In this document: positions 18,922-31,622 of the stretch, in pieces
Layout of the letters: every line of letters starts with the position of its first letter
How positions within the stretch are numbered: position 1 is the stretch's first letter
Origin: an uncultured delta proteobacterium
GTDB lineage: Bacteria > Desulfobacterota > Binatia > Binatales > Binataceae
Length of the DNA stretch: 64,000 bases
NCBI GenBank assembly: GCA_963765675.1
Contig: CAVXXK010000001.1
Location: 1,152,001-1,216,000, forward strand
Direction of reading: 5' to 3'
The notes under the pieces: generated by a model
Told to the model about the DNA's origin: nothing
The model's input: only the letters and a program-made list of their open reading frames with translations
Database searches by the model: none
Made by a program: the position numbers and the translations under genes

Positions 18922-18926
18922 ACTAG
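18246..18926 (+). CDS. Secreted 8-Cys protein of unknown function, copy C (mature part identical to A except last residues)
   Basis: RBS AAGGAGG, ATG at 18246; 18366-18921 matches 16883-17438. Confidence 0.9.
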   Translation: MRKSSFNQTVATWAGVLAIALGAVIMLGPTAQAGTLRRAGTNQTGSGGADPGTFLTGYFDTAPGSEAFGAGDNALRIENPTAANGNLCAMIYIFDASEELGECCGCVLTPNQLLQDSVDTIIGSAWEISGGTPEQGVIQIVSALPNVGTTCNPAAAYTPTANLNGWVTHAQTVGGITGLTEVSLTDNGAADATEAAYLISTCGDILSNGSGKGDCTCPTQPDGVLD

Positions 18927-18942
18927 AGCGTTCTCATGCGAA

Positions 18943-18973
18943 GCCGCGCCGCCGGGCTTTTCCGGCGGCCGGC
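18943..18973 (+). terminator. GC-rich stem-loop after the Cys-rich trio (stabiliser or partial terminator, no U-tract)
   Basis: GCCG(C)GCCGCCGG-GCTTTT-CCGGCGGC-CGGC. Confidence 0.55.
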
Positions 18974-19013
18974 ATCGCAAACAGTGACGAAAATCGCAAC
19001 AGGAGATCAGACT

Positions 19014-20189
19014 TTGAATCATTTAAAGATCAGCAAGCTTATAGCAGTCGCTCTCCTTGCCGGCGTAGTCAGTTTCGGTACTGCCTCCTTGGGCGACGAT
19101 CGGCCGGTCGGTTCGGCACCGGCAGTGGCTCAAGTAGGCAATGTACAAATCAGCCTCGACAAAGTTGAACAGAGTTCGGGATCGAGCCTGACTCAAGCGC
19201 GCGGCAGAGTCCTCAACGCGCAGTATCAATACTATGTCGCGCAGCATGAAGCACTGGAAAAGCTGATCGACAAGGAAGTCCTCGAGCAACAGGCTCGCAA
19301 GGAGAAGGTAACCGTCGAAGAGCTCCTCCGCCGACACATCAAGGACACCATCAAGGATCCCAGCGAAGAGACGATGAGAATCTATTACATCGCCCTTCAA
19401 ACGGATCAGCCCTACTCTGATCTACGCGGCAAGATCCGCGACCATATTCGCGACTTGGAGGAGCGCAAGTTGGTCGCCGACTACGTCAAGTCGCTTCGCG
19501 CTCAAGACAAGATCCAGATCATGCTCGAACCTCCGCGAGAGGAGGTGGCTACCGGCGCCACGCCCACGATGGGACCGGCCGCCGCTCCGGTGACGGTGGT
19601 GGAATTTGCGGACTATCAATGCCCCTATTGCCGCGGCACCGAAGCCAATGTCGACAAACTCCGCGCGCAATTCAAGGATCAGGTGCGCTACTCATACCGC
19701 GACTTCCCCCTCCCCAATCATCAGTTCGCGGAAAAGGCTGCCGAGGCGTCCAGATGCGCGGCTGATCAGGGAAAATTTTGGCAGTACCACGATCTTCTGT
19801 TCACCGGCGATGGCAGCGACCTCAACGTAGCAGGTCTCAAGGCATTAGCGAGCAAGGAAAAACTCGACACCGCCAAGTTCGACCAGTGCCTGGACTCGAA
19901 CAAGGAACAAGCCGCAGTCCAAGCGGATCTTAAACAGGGTGAATCGCTAGGCGTCTCGGGAACTCCGAGCTTCTTTGTCAATGGTTATTTCATCAGTGGC
20001 TCGGTGACCTACGACACGCTGAGAGAACTGGTAGAGCAGCAGATTGCCGACGCGCATGCTGCGTCCGGTTCCACGATTGGAGAGCGATCCGGCACCGCGC
20101 ACTCGGCCAACAGCGCCGACTGTAATACGGCTCGCTCGGCCTCTATGGATCGCGCCGCGAGCGGGAAAATCTGCAGATTTCCTGGATAA
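19014..20189 (+). CDS. Exported DsbA-family thiol-disulfide oxidoreductase with N-terminal SurA-like helical domain
   Basis: VEFADYQCPYC, YRDFPL, cis-Pro GVSGTPSFFVNG; TTG start at 19014 after AGGAG. Confidence 0.9.
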   Translation: MNHLKISKLIAVALLAGVVSFGTASLGDDRPVGSAPAVAQVGNVQISLDKVEQSSGSSLTQARGRVLNAQYQYYVAQHEALEKLIDKEVLEQQARKEKVTVEELLRRHIKDTIKDPSEETMRIYYIALQTDQPYSDLRGKIRDHIRDLEERKLVADYVKSLRAQDKIQIMLEPPREEVATGATPTMGPAAAPVTVVEFADYQCPYCRGTEANVDKLRAQFKDQVRYSYRDFPLPNHQFAEKAAEASRCAADQGKFWQYHDLLFTGDGSDLNVAGLKALASKEKLDTAKFDQCLDSNKEQAAVQADLKQGESLGVSGTPSFFVNGYFISGSVTYDTLRELVEQQIADAHAASGSTIGERSGTAHSANSADCNTARSASMDRAASGKICRFPG

Positions 20190-20540
20190 GCAGTCGCGCG
20201 GAAAGCTATCGGATCAGCGGTTGAAAACATGGTCTCGAAGGCAGCAATAGATGCGAGCGCAAACCACTGGTGGGTTTATTTGAAGCTGCATGGACTAGCC
20301 TCACGCAGCCGACTTGGCGCGTGCGTGTATGCGGGGGCTGAGAGCGCACACGACTCTCATGCTGCCGCGGAATCGAGCTTCGCTAGCTTGTCCGGCCCTT
20401 CGACTCTCCTCGGCTCGATAACCGATTGAGATGAACAACTCGAGTGACAAGGCCTCGCGCGCGAGGCACGGCAGGACTCGCTCATCAGCATGGATTCGCA
20501 TAGGCACGATATCGCTGTCACAAAAAGGTCGAATCAATTT

Positions 20541-23500
20541 ATGAAGAAGTTAGCCAGACAAAAATCGTCTCTGTATGTCACCGGCTTGCTCGCCATAATT
20601 GGCGCCCTAATCCTGCTGCTTTCTTCGGGCTCGCATGTAATGACAGCGGAGGCATGGATGCACGCGCGGCAGTCGAATAAGACGACTACGCCGCAGGAGC
20701 GGCAGGCGGCACGCGAGGAGTACTGGGCGAGCCGGCACGGATTGCAGTACGGGTTTCCCAAGCACGCGCTTAGCGAGGCGGTATCGCAGATGCGCGCGAT
20801 GGAAAGCGCGCGGCAGAGCAAGCAAGCGGGGTCGTTGTCGCAAGTGGTGGGGACGCCAGATGTATCGGAGTTGACCTGGAACTTCATCGGTCCGCAGCCG
20901 ATTACCGAGAAGTCCAACTTTACCGGCAAGGTGTTCGGCAGTGACTTTGCCGCCACCGGGCGGATAACTTCGGTGGCCGCAGACGCCAACGGAGTGATAG
21001 TGGCGGGGGCGGCGTCGGGAGGGGTGTGGCTGAGCACCAACAATGGGACGACATTTGCACAGATCTTCAATAGCGAACCAACCCAGGCGGTGGGCGCGAT
21101 TGCGCTGGACACCACCACCACGCCGAGCACGATCTATGTGGCCACCGGCGAGGGCAACGGCTCATTGGACTCGCTATACGGGCAGGGCGTCTTCAAGTCG
21201 TCGGATCTGGGAGAGAGTTGGACGTCGCTGGGGTCGAGCGGCCAGTTCGATCACGCCTCGTTCACCAGTCTTGCGATCGACACCACCACCACGCCTGGGA
21301 CTCCGCGCCTGTTCGCGGGAGCGACCAATGGGCTGAGCGCGAGCGAAGCCGATGCGGCGATCTTTGAAACCGAAACCGGCGACACCGGCCTATGGTTCTC
21401 CGGCAACGGCGGCACCACCTGGACGCAGTACCCCGCGTCCACATTCGGCAACTGTGAAATCATAGGCGGCGTCAACTCTCCGTGTCCCGCCGACGACGTG
21501 AAAATTGATCCCAGCAATCCGCAGAATGTCTACGTCGCGATCGATTCCAACGATGTCTACTATTCGCATGACGGTGGCCAGACCTTCACGGCCGCATCAT
21601 TCCCCGGCGGCAGCATCGCGCAAGGACGCCAAAGTCTGGCAGTTGGTTCCCCGAAGAGTGCCGGGCTGCCGGGCGTGGTTTACGCGATGATCGGAGCCGA
21701 AAATGGCTCCAGTTATACAAACCTGTTCGTTTCGTTCGACGGAGGCGTTACGTGGAATCCGACCACCGGTCCGAACGCCATCCTGACACCGACGGTTCCG
21801 TCCTTCACCCAAAATGGCTTGGTGCTAGACGGCACCGGCGTGGGTAATGTCTCACAGTCGTATTTCGACCAGGCGATGCTGGTCTCACCCAGCAATTCCA
21901 AAGTCGTATATTTTGGGGGCGTTGGCCTATACGAGTCGACCAACTGGGGCAACCAATGGAGCTTCCTGCCGTCCAACGGAGGTCTACATCCTGGTCAGCA
22001 CGCGCTGGTCTTTGATCCATCGACCGGCCAGATCCTGGTTGCGAACGACGGCGGCTTGTACAGCTTCAATCCCGCGACGCCGAATACCTTTACTTCCCTG
22101 AACGCAAGCATCAGCGCGAGCCAGATCCAGGGGATCGGCGTGCATCCGACCAACAGCAATGTGATGATCGCCGGACTGCAGGACAACGGCACCCAGCTTT
22201 ACAGTGGTGAAGTCGGGACCTGGTCTGGCGCCGACAGCGAGAGCGGCGATGGCGGGTTCGCGCTGATCGATCCGAACGATCCCACCCACGTCTATCACGA
22301 CTTCTCGATCGCCGAACTGAGTGGTGCGCTGATCTCGGAATCGATCAATAGCGGCTCGACCTGGTGCAGCGCGACGGTGACTGGGCCGAACCCGTGCAAC
22401 GCCCCTGATGCCTGGACTCCTAACCTCAAAGCGGCCATGTCCGCAGCGGATGACCCGGGTCCTGCGTTCTATCCACCGATGGCGGTCGATCCAAAAACCG
22501 CCTACCGTGTGCTGTTCGGCGCTCATGCAGTCTACGTCTCGACCAATGGAATGCAGACCTGGACCTTGCAGAGCAATCAGGACCTGACCAGCGACGGGAT
22601 CGACGGTGCTGACGTCTGCACTGATGCGACCTGTTCGCTCGAGGATATCGAGTTCGCGCCGTCGGACCACACCAAAGCGTGGGCGGTGGCGATGAGCAAT
22701 CTCTCCGGCTCGGTCGCCTTTGCGGTCAGCAACACCACCCAGGCGAACATCTTTGTGAACGGGAGTAACCCGAACGGCGGACTGTGGACCGACGTCACCG
22801 ATGCGATCAACAGTGTGTTTCCAGTGGTAAATACGCAGGCCACTGGCATCGCAGTCGATCCGAACAATTCCAATGTCGCATACCTGAGCCTCTCCGGGTT
22901 CCACGCTGACACCGAAGTCGGACATATCTACAAGACGATCAACTTTGGCAAATCCTGGACCGAAGCCGACGGCTCGACGGCCAACGGCAACACTCCCGGT
23001 TCATCGCCTTTGCCTGACGTGCCGGTGCTGAAGATCCTTGTTGATTCGACCGATACCAGCGGAAGTTGCGGTGGCTCGCCGTGCAGCAACAGCATCTACG
23101 CGGGAACCGACATCGGGGTGTTCCACAGCGCGGACGGGGGCAACACCTGGCAACCGTACAATCTGAATGTGATTCCCGCGGTACCGGTGTATGACATGGC
23201 CCAGAACACTCCGGGCAACATCTTCGTCGGAACCCACGGACGCGGGGTCTATCAGCTCGCGCCGGTAACCAGTGCCACCCCGACCCCGACTCCAAGCACC
23301 AGCCCGACCCCGACCGCCACTGCGACGTCAACCGCTGGCGGCAGCCCGACTCCGAGCGCGACCGCGACTCCAACCGGCACTCCGTCGCCAACCCAGACCG
23401 CTACCCAGACCCCCACTCCGATGCCGACTCCTACCCCGGTGGTCGAAAAGCTCACGATTTCGCCTAAGACGCTGAGCTTCGGCAAAGTCCGAGATGGCGC

Positions 23501-23783
23501 GAGCAAGTCTAAGCTCGTCACCATCAAGAACGCGGGCTCGAAGAAGAGCGGCAACACGGTGCAAATTGGAACGCCGACAATTTCGGGTTCCGGAGCGGCG
23601 GATTTTTCGGTGACGAGCGGCTGCCAGGTCCCGCTCGCGCCACAAAAGAGCTGTAAGCTTTCGATCACATTCAGCCCTGGGCAGGCCACGAGCACGGAGG
23701 ACGCCACGCTCGGGGTCCTAGACAACGTAGCGGGACCGGAAGTGATGATTCCGATGACGGGGAGCGGTAAGGCCCCGAAATGA
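20541..23783 (+). CDS. Large secreted BNR/VPS10 (Asp-box) beta-propeller protein with PT linker and choice-of-anchor-D domain
   Basis: WNFIGPQP..GRITSVA..GAASGGVWLSTNNG, repeated SxDxGxTW boxes, GLQDNGT, GDGG, GTHGRGVY; PT linker; Ig-like tail. Confidence 0.9.
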   Translation: MKKLARQKSSLYVTGLLAIIGALILLLSSGSHVMTAEAWMHARQSNKTTTPQERQAAREEYWASRHGLQYGFPKHALSEAVSQMRAMESARQSKQAGSLSQVVGTPDVSELTWNFIGPQPITEKSNFTGKVFGSDFAATGRITSVAADANGVIVAGAASGGVWLSTNNGTTFAQIFNSEPTQAVGAIALDTTTTPSTIYVATGEGNGSLDSLYGQGVFKSSDLGESWTSLGSSGQFDHASFTSLAIDTTTTPGTPRLFAGATNGLSASEADAAIFETETGDTGLWFSGNGGTTWTQYPASTFGNCEIIGGVNSPCPADDVKIDPSNPQNVYVAIDSNDVYYSHDGGQTFTAASFPGGSIAQGRQSLAVGSPKSAGLPGVVYAMIGAENGSSYTNLFVSFDGGVTWNPTTGPNAILTPTVPSFTQNGLVLDGTGVGNVSQSYFDQAMLVSPSNSKVVYFGGVGLYESTNWGNQWSFLPSNGGLHPGQHALVFDPSTGQILVANDGGLYSFNPATPNTFTSLNASISASQIQGIGVHPTNSNVMIAGLQDNGTQLYSGEVGTWSGADSESGDGGFALIDPNDPTHVYHDFSIAELSGALISESINSGSTWCSATVTGPNPCNAPDAWTPNLKAAMSAADDPGPAFYPPMAVDPKTAYRVLFGAHAVYVSTNGMQTWTLQSNQDLTSDGIDGADVCTDATCSLEDIEFAPSDHTKAWAVAMSNLSGSVAFAVSNTTQANIFVNGSNPNGGLWTDVTDAINSVFPVVNTQATGIAVDPNNSNVAYLSLSGFHADTEVGHIYKTINFGKSWTEADGSTANGNTPGSSPLPDVPVLKILVDSTDTSGSCGGSPCSNSIYAGTDIGVFHSADGGNTWQPYNLNVIPAVPVYDMAQNTPGNIFVGTHGRGVYQLAPVTSATPTPTPSTSPTPTATATSTAGGSPTPSATATPTGTPSPTQTATQTPTPMPTPTPVVEKLTISPKTLSFGKVRDGASKSKLVTIKNAGSKKSGNTVQIGTPTISGSGAADFSVTSGCQVPLAPQKSCKLSITFSPGQATSTEDATLGVLDNVAGPEVMIPMTGSGKAPK

Positions 23784-23805
23784 CAGGGAGGAAGCTGTCA
23801 TTAGA

Positions 23806-23848
23806 ACTCCGCGGGGGCAAGATTGGCGCCCCTTGCCTCCCGCGGAGT
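23806..23848. terminator. Strong hairpin between convergent genes
   Basis: ACTCCGCGGG-GGCAAG ... CTTGCC(T)CCCGCGGAGT. Confidence 0.6.
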
Positions 23849-23907
23849 GTCAGAGCTTCGGAAAGAAGACTTAGGAAAGCGGCGAGACATCGGCCGGCAC
23901 GTGGGCC

Positions 23908-26173
23908 TCAACTCCCATTGAGGACGGCCGTTGCCTTGTTCAGCCGATCGCTATACGCGTTGAGCGCCTCGGCAGTGAGCTCGACGTATCTGTTGGCGTC
24001 GGTCCAGCGTCGGTCTTCGATCGCCTCGCGAATACCGGGTAAGGTCTTGGCTCCGTAGCCGGTGAAGCGACCGGGTGCGTAAACGAGATTCTTGTACCAG
24101 CTCCTACCGGGCAGCCCCACCTCGGGCGCGAGAGTCTGGTCGATGTTCAACATCAACACCTGCAGGCGCGCAATCTGACCGGCGGACAGGCTTGAAGCGT
24201 TTTTCGCGAGCGCGTCGTCGTAAGCCTTGGCGGCGCGCTTCAGACGACTTACGGAGTTCTCGAGCGCCGCGAACTCCAGGTGCGGGACACGATCCAGCGC
24301 CGTGGGCAGCCCGCTCGACTTGGTGGGATCGGACGCCAGCTGGAATGCTCGGTCGCGTAGCAGCTTGGCTTGCGTGTCAGCCTCCTCCCGTTCGTCGACC
24401 GAGAGTTTCTTCACCTGATCGAGATAGTCCGAGACCGCGTTGGCGAAATCGCTCGCGTTCTGGACGGGAACCTCGGAATCGGCGACGCGCAGTACTATCC
24501 GTCCCGACCGTCTTTGCCAGCATCGCGTCATATACGAAACCCGGATCGACGAAGCGGCTGTGATGCTCGAAAGTGTCGTAACGAGAGTGGTAGACGCCAT
24601 TGGAATGGCCCTCTTCGCCGAAAGCAACATCCAGCGCAGGCACACCCAGGTGATCAAGAAAGGCTGAAAAGTCGGAACCCGAACCCAGTGCCCCGATAGG
24701 GAAGTCCTTGTCCGGATCGGCTGCGATCTTCGCCTCGTTCTTGACTTGCTCCGTGGCGCTCGGTGCGAGCGCAGCGATTCGCATCTTGGCGCGCAGCCGC
24801 TGGCCGATGGAAACGCCGGTTTCAGGATCGACTACATCGGCGGCGACTTCGTTCACCAGGTGCTGGAAGTCGGGGCTGCCCCCTACCTCCAGAAAGCCTC
24901 GTTCGTTGGAGTCGGAGTTTATATAGAGGACGACTTTCTTTTTCAGTTCAGTCGCGTGCTGCTCCGCCCATTCGGTCGAGCCCAAGAGCATGGGCTCCTC
25001 GGCGTCCCAACTCGTATAGACGATCGTACGCTTGGGCCGCCAACCCTGCTTGGCGAGGCGGCCGAACGCCTTGGCTTCGGCCAGCAGCGCGACTTGACCC
25101 GACAGTGGGTCGGTGGCGCCGAACACCCAACCGTCGTGATGATTGCCACGGACCACCCACTGGTCCGGCCAGGTCGCGCCCTTCATGGTCGCGATAACGT
25201 CATAGATTGGCCGGATCTGCCAATCGGACCTCACCGCCAGATGGACTAGCGCAGGCCCTGGTCCAACGCGATAGGTGATTGGCAGCGCGCCACGCCAGGC
25301 GGGAGGAGCGACAGGACCTGCCAGCGCCGCGAGGAAAACCTGAGCGTCGGCGTATGAGATGGGCAGCGTGGGAATCTTCAAGATGGTCGGCGCGTCGGAA
25401 ATCTTCAGCCGCTTGGCGTCCTTCGTCGCACCGACCCCAGGCGTTAACGGATCGCCGGGATAGAGCCCCACGTCGAGCACGGAGCCGCGTTGTATACCAC
25501 GAGGCGGCCGCATTGGACCGTTGGGATAAGTCTCGTCGATGGAATAACCGTCTTGGGCAGGGTCGGAGTATATGATGCAGCCTATCGCGCCGTGATCCTG
25601 CGCGAGCTTGGGCTTCAGCCCGCGCCATCCAGAGCCGTAGCGCGCGATGACGATCTTGCCCTTTACGCTAACGCCGAGACGCTGGAGCGTCTTGTAGTCG
25701 TCCAGCATCCCATAGTTAACATAGACCAGGCCGGCGGTGACGTCGCCATCATGCTGGTAATCGACGTAGGCTGGAAGCGCGGGATCGGTCGCGGTCGCAC
25801 TGGAATCGCCAGGGATCGGTGGCTCTTGCAGCGTGGCTTTGAACGTACGCGGACCGACCAGCTCCAAGGTCTCGCTTATAGGCTTGGGGTAGAGCACCCA
25901 GAAAGTTTCAATGTGCGCATCCCAGCCCCAACTCTTGAACCAGGCAAGGATTTGATAGGCGTTGGCTTTGTCGTGCGGCGAGGAGACGTGGTTCGGCTGC
26001 GCGGCAAGTAGCTTCATCCAGTCGCGCAGATCGTCCGGGCGAATTAGCGCGTCAAAGTTATGTTCGAGCGTGGCCTCATTTGACGATGTCGAGGTTGGTG
26101 CGGCGAGGGCCACGCTCATCCAAAGAAAGCCCGCCGTCGCGAGCGAGATGATCAGCTTCGATCTAATTTTTAG
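23908..26173 (-). pseudogene. M28B glutamate carboxypeptidase II-like peptidase (PA, M28 and TfR dimerisation domains), frameshifted and lacking a start codon
   Basis: GNHHDGW, DPLSG, WDAEE, GSGSDF, YHSRYD motifs; extra C at 24503-24505 separates AKTVG from RIVLRVAD; signal peptide begins at a CTA codon (26171-26173). Confidence 0.8.
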
Positions 26174-26206
26174 TTCCCGGCTTGTCTAATTCTCAGGGAG
26201 ACCAAC

Positions 26207-26425
26207 CTAGGCGCGTTTCTTTTTTTTCTCCGCCCAGCGTTTTTTCATCGCCTCCGACAGTCGCTTCCTGCCTGCCGGAGTGATCCCGCTGCGCTTTGGG
26301 CGACCGATGCGTTTGCTTGGGGTCGCGCCGGCTGCGGTCGCTCCGACAGCGGCGAGGGCGCTAATCGCGCGATCGATCCGGTCACGTTCGCTCTTTAACT
26401 CTGCAAGGATTCTCACAAGATCCAA
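26207..26425 (-). CDS. Small basic coiled-coil protein, candidate nucleoid-associated DNA-binding protein
   Basis: RBS AAGGAGAG + TTG; ILAELKSERDRIDRAISAL coil, GRPK AT-hook-like motif, ITPAGRKRLSEAMKKRWA tail. Confidence 0.75.
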   Translation of the reverse strand: MDLVRILAELKSERDRIDRAISALAAVGATAAGATPSKRIGRPKRSGITPAGRKRLSEAMKKRWAEKKKKRA

Positions 26426-26750
26426 TGTTGCTCTCCTTATAGTACCGCTTATACAGCGCGCCCTTGGTGCCGCTTGCGCCCCGGAACCGCGCCTAACATT
26501 TCATCTATGGTGAGGGCTTGCAATCCTTCATGGCCTTAAGGACGGTCTGATTCGCGACACAAGAGTGCAACCCAGGCACGAAGCGAATCGAGTCTCTGAG
26601 GCATGATTGGTGGGCTGCTTGCGGTCATTTGGTTCTTTTTGAACGAAATCGAGTAAGCTCGATTATGTCCGCTATCGCGATTCCAACGCGGCCTCAGTGA
26701 GAAATAATCGCTTGTCTCGGTAATGCGGCGAGTGATGAAGTGAGCCTCTC

Positions 26751-27113
26751 ATGTTGACTTGGGACAAGACCGCCGTTCTCAAAGATACGCGAGCATTCAT
26801 CGAGCACCTCCAGAGGTTGGAGGCGGAGGGTTGTCGATGGCTGGTTGTTCCGCTCGCAGAGGATGAATCTTCAGGATTGTTCAGGTGCAGTAAGTGCGAG
26901 ACGGTCGCTCCGGACGCGGCACCCCTTTATTCACTAGCGACGCACATCGCGTTTGAACAGGAAGTGCTGCGCGCTATCGAGGCGAGTAACTCGCACACCG
27001 AATACGAGAGCCGCGTTTCCCGCATCGTCGAAGAAGAACCCACTCCTATGGTATGCGGAACCTGTTGCCCCCGCGCCAGGCCCCACCGTCACGACCTGAA
27101 CCATGCCTTCTAG
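26751..27113 (+). CDS. Hypothetical protein with two Cys clusters (CSKC, CGTCC)
   Basis: 120-aa ORF with plausible composition; no family recognised. Confidence 0.5.
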   Translation: MLTWDKTAVLKDTRAFIEHLQRLEAEGCRWLVVPLAEDESSGLFRCSKCETVAPDAAPLYSLATHIAFEQEVLRAIEASNSHTEYESRVSRIVEEEPTPMVCGTCCPRARPHRHDLNHAF

Positions 27114-27396
27114 TGTTTCGAGTCGTTTCAAGCTCAAGGGCCGCAATCTCCCTCCAACACTGCGAAGACAGAGAGAGCAATGGAGTGGACGGCGGCCAAA
27201 ATTGCGTTGCGCGTTTGCCTGAGACCCGAAGATTGACAATCTTACATGATGTGCTGTAGGCGTTAGTTGTTAGTCGCAGGCGAGGGCAGGTACCGGCTGA
27301 ACCTGCATATTATCTAACCTGTCAGCCGTCATATGTTTTTTCCCCCGGCGTGGTTCTCGGTCGTGCTCTGTGTCGTTGGTCAGACAGGAGTGGCTT

Positions 27397-30205
<2,809 letters not shown>

Positions 30206-30332
30206 GGCTCAACGGACAAGTGAGTTAGTCTTCGATTGGAGGTCGAAGACTCCGAGTATTTTCCGAGAGGAGAGAGCCGCCCTAGAACGGCTCCTGACCT
30301 GGCTCTATGATGGCGGCGTTGCACAGTCGTAT

Positions 30333-31529
30333 ATGAGCGAGCTTGACGATATCAAAGTCTACGGTGAGACCGACGTGGGCTGGTGTGCGCTAACTTTGCC
30401 CAACGAGACAGTGGACGATATGGGCCATCCGTTCGTACGAGAGAAAGGTTTCAGTGCGGCGGATCCCAGGGCTCCAAAGCGTCGGGTTTACGAGGATCCA
30501 GAGGTTTGCACTTTGCGCGAGCATCTGCGCACGCGTAATGGAATTCCGGGCGTTGAAATTCTTGAACCGCACGAGATCGAGAGGGCGGCGCAGATTTTTT
30601 TTCGTGACGGTTTCGTGGTGGTGAGAGACGCCTTGAATACCGGCGAGCTCGAACGTTTCCGCTCCGCGAGCGCCATGGTGCTGAAACAGATTCTGCAGAT
30701 TCCAGGTGTTGGTGGGCGCAAGTACTTAACCGAGTCATACCGGCTGCCTCACCGCTATAGCTATGGAACCGCGTCCGTATCGCGACACTTGCTGCATGAT
30801 CCGGTGTGGGCATCGATGATTGATCTGCCAACCACGACTCCGATTCTCACCCGGATCTTTGGCGGATCTGACTACCGAGTCCTCGGCGCTGGGGGCGATC
30901 TGTGCCTGCCAGGTGCTATCGAGTATCAGGCGCTGCACTCGGATGGAGACCGGGAGCATTTCCAGATGCCGCCCGCGCGCGTCGAGCAGGCCCGGCGACT
31001 TGGTATTGAAGTGCTTACCGACACCACCGCGGCAGGGCAGGATGTTCGAATCCTCCAGCGGATCATAGAGCGGACGCCGCCGGTCGTGACGATTAACTTT
31101 CTGATGACTGAAATGACGTGGGAGAACGGGCCTATCCGCCAGATTCCCGGAACGCAGGGGCGGCCAGGCCATCCGCCGTCTCCAGCCAACGAGCCAGACT
31201 GGATGCGGCTCTCCACGCTGGTCGGCGCGCCGGCGGGTGCGGCGATCTTCCGCGATACGCGAGCGTGGCATGGCGGGACGCCCAATCTGAGCCGCGAAAT
31301 ACGGGCGATGCCCAACGTCGAGTACACGGCACCTTGGTACGAAGACCCGAACTTCCAACCTGCGATGCCATACGAAATCTGGGCTGCTCTATCGTCGCAT
31401 GCGCAGCGAATTTCGTTGCTCAGCCGATTCCCACCAGGAGTATGGCCGGTGGGTGCGGGAGTGATGCATCCGCTGGCGAGTGAACGGCGCGCGGCGAGAA
31501 CGTCGAGCGGCCCGGTCCGACGCGAATGA
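30333..31529 (+). CDS. Phytanoyl-CoA dioxygenase (PhyH) family Fe(II)/2-oxoglutarate oxygenase
   Basis: FFRDGFVVVRDAL, QALHSD (HxD), NGPIRQIPGT, RAWHGGTPN...R. Confidence 0.88.
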   Translation: MSELDDIKVYGETDVGWCALTLPNETVDDMGHPFVREKGFSAADPRAPKRRVYEDPEVCTLREHLRTRNGIPGVEILEPHEIERAAQIFFRDGFVVVRDALNTGELERFRSASAMVLKQILQIPGVGGRKYLTESYRLPHRYSYGTASVSRHLLHDPVWASMIDLPTTTPILTRIFGGSDYRVLGAGGDLCLPGAIEYQALHSDGDREHFQMPPARVEQARRLGIEVLTDTTAAGQDVRILQRIIERTPPVVTINFLMTEMTWENGPIRQIPGTQGRPGHPPSPANEPDWMRLSTLVGAPAGAAIFRDTRAWHGGTPNLSREIRAMPNVEYTAPWYEDPNFQPAMPYEIWAALSSHAQRISLLSRFPPGVWPVGAGVMHPLASERRAARTSSGPVRRE

Positions 31530-31622
31530 CGAAAGGGAAGTCGAGTTCATTGCCGCCGCGCCAGTCGCACGCAGATTCGACCCGCGCGCCCGGTAACAAT
31601 CGACAGAGGAGGAGCAAGAACC

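Noticed and set aside
16763-18926. RiPP precursors or DGR template/variable repeat
   Set aside because: Proteins are ~230 aa Sec substrates; no modifying enzymes or reverse transcriptase; the two differences are T/C synonymous, not adenine-specific
20190-20540. Small ORFs between dsbA and the BNR protein
   Set aside because: No RBS, motif or coding-like composition
24495-24515. Programmed ribosomal frameshift in the M28 gene
   Set aside because: No slippery heptamer, and a second lesion at the start codon points to decay or error
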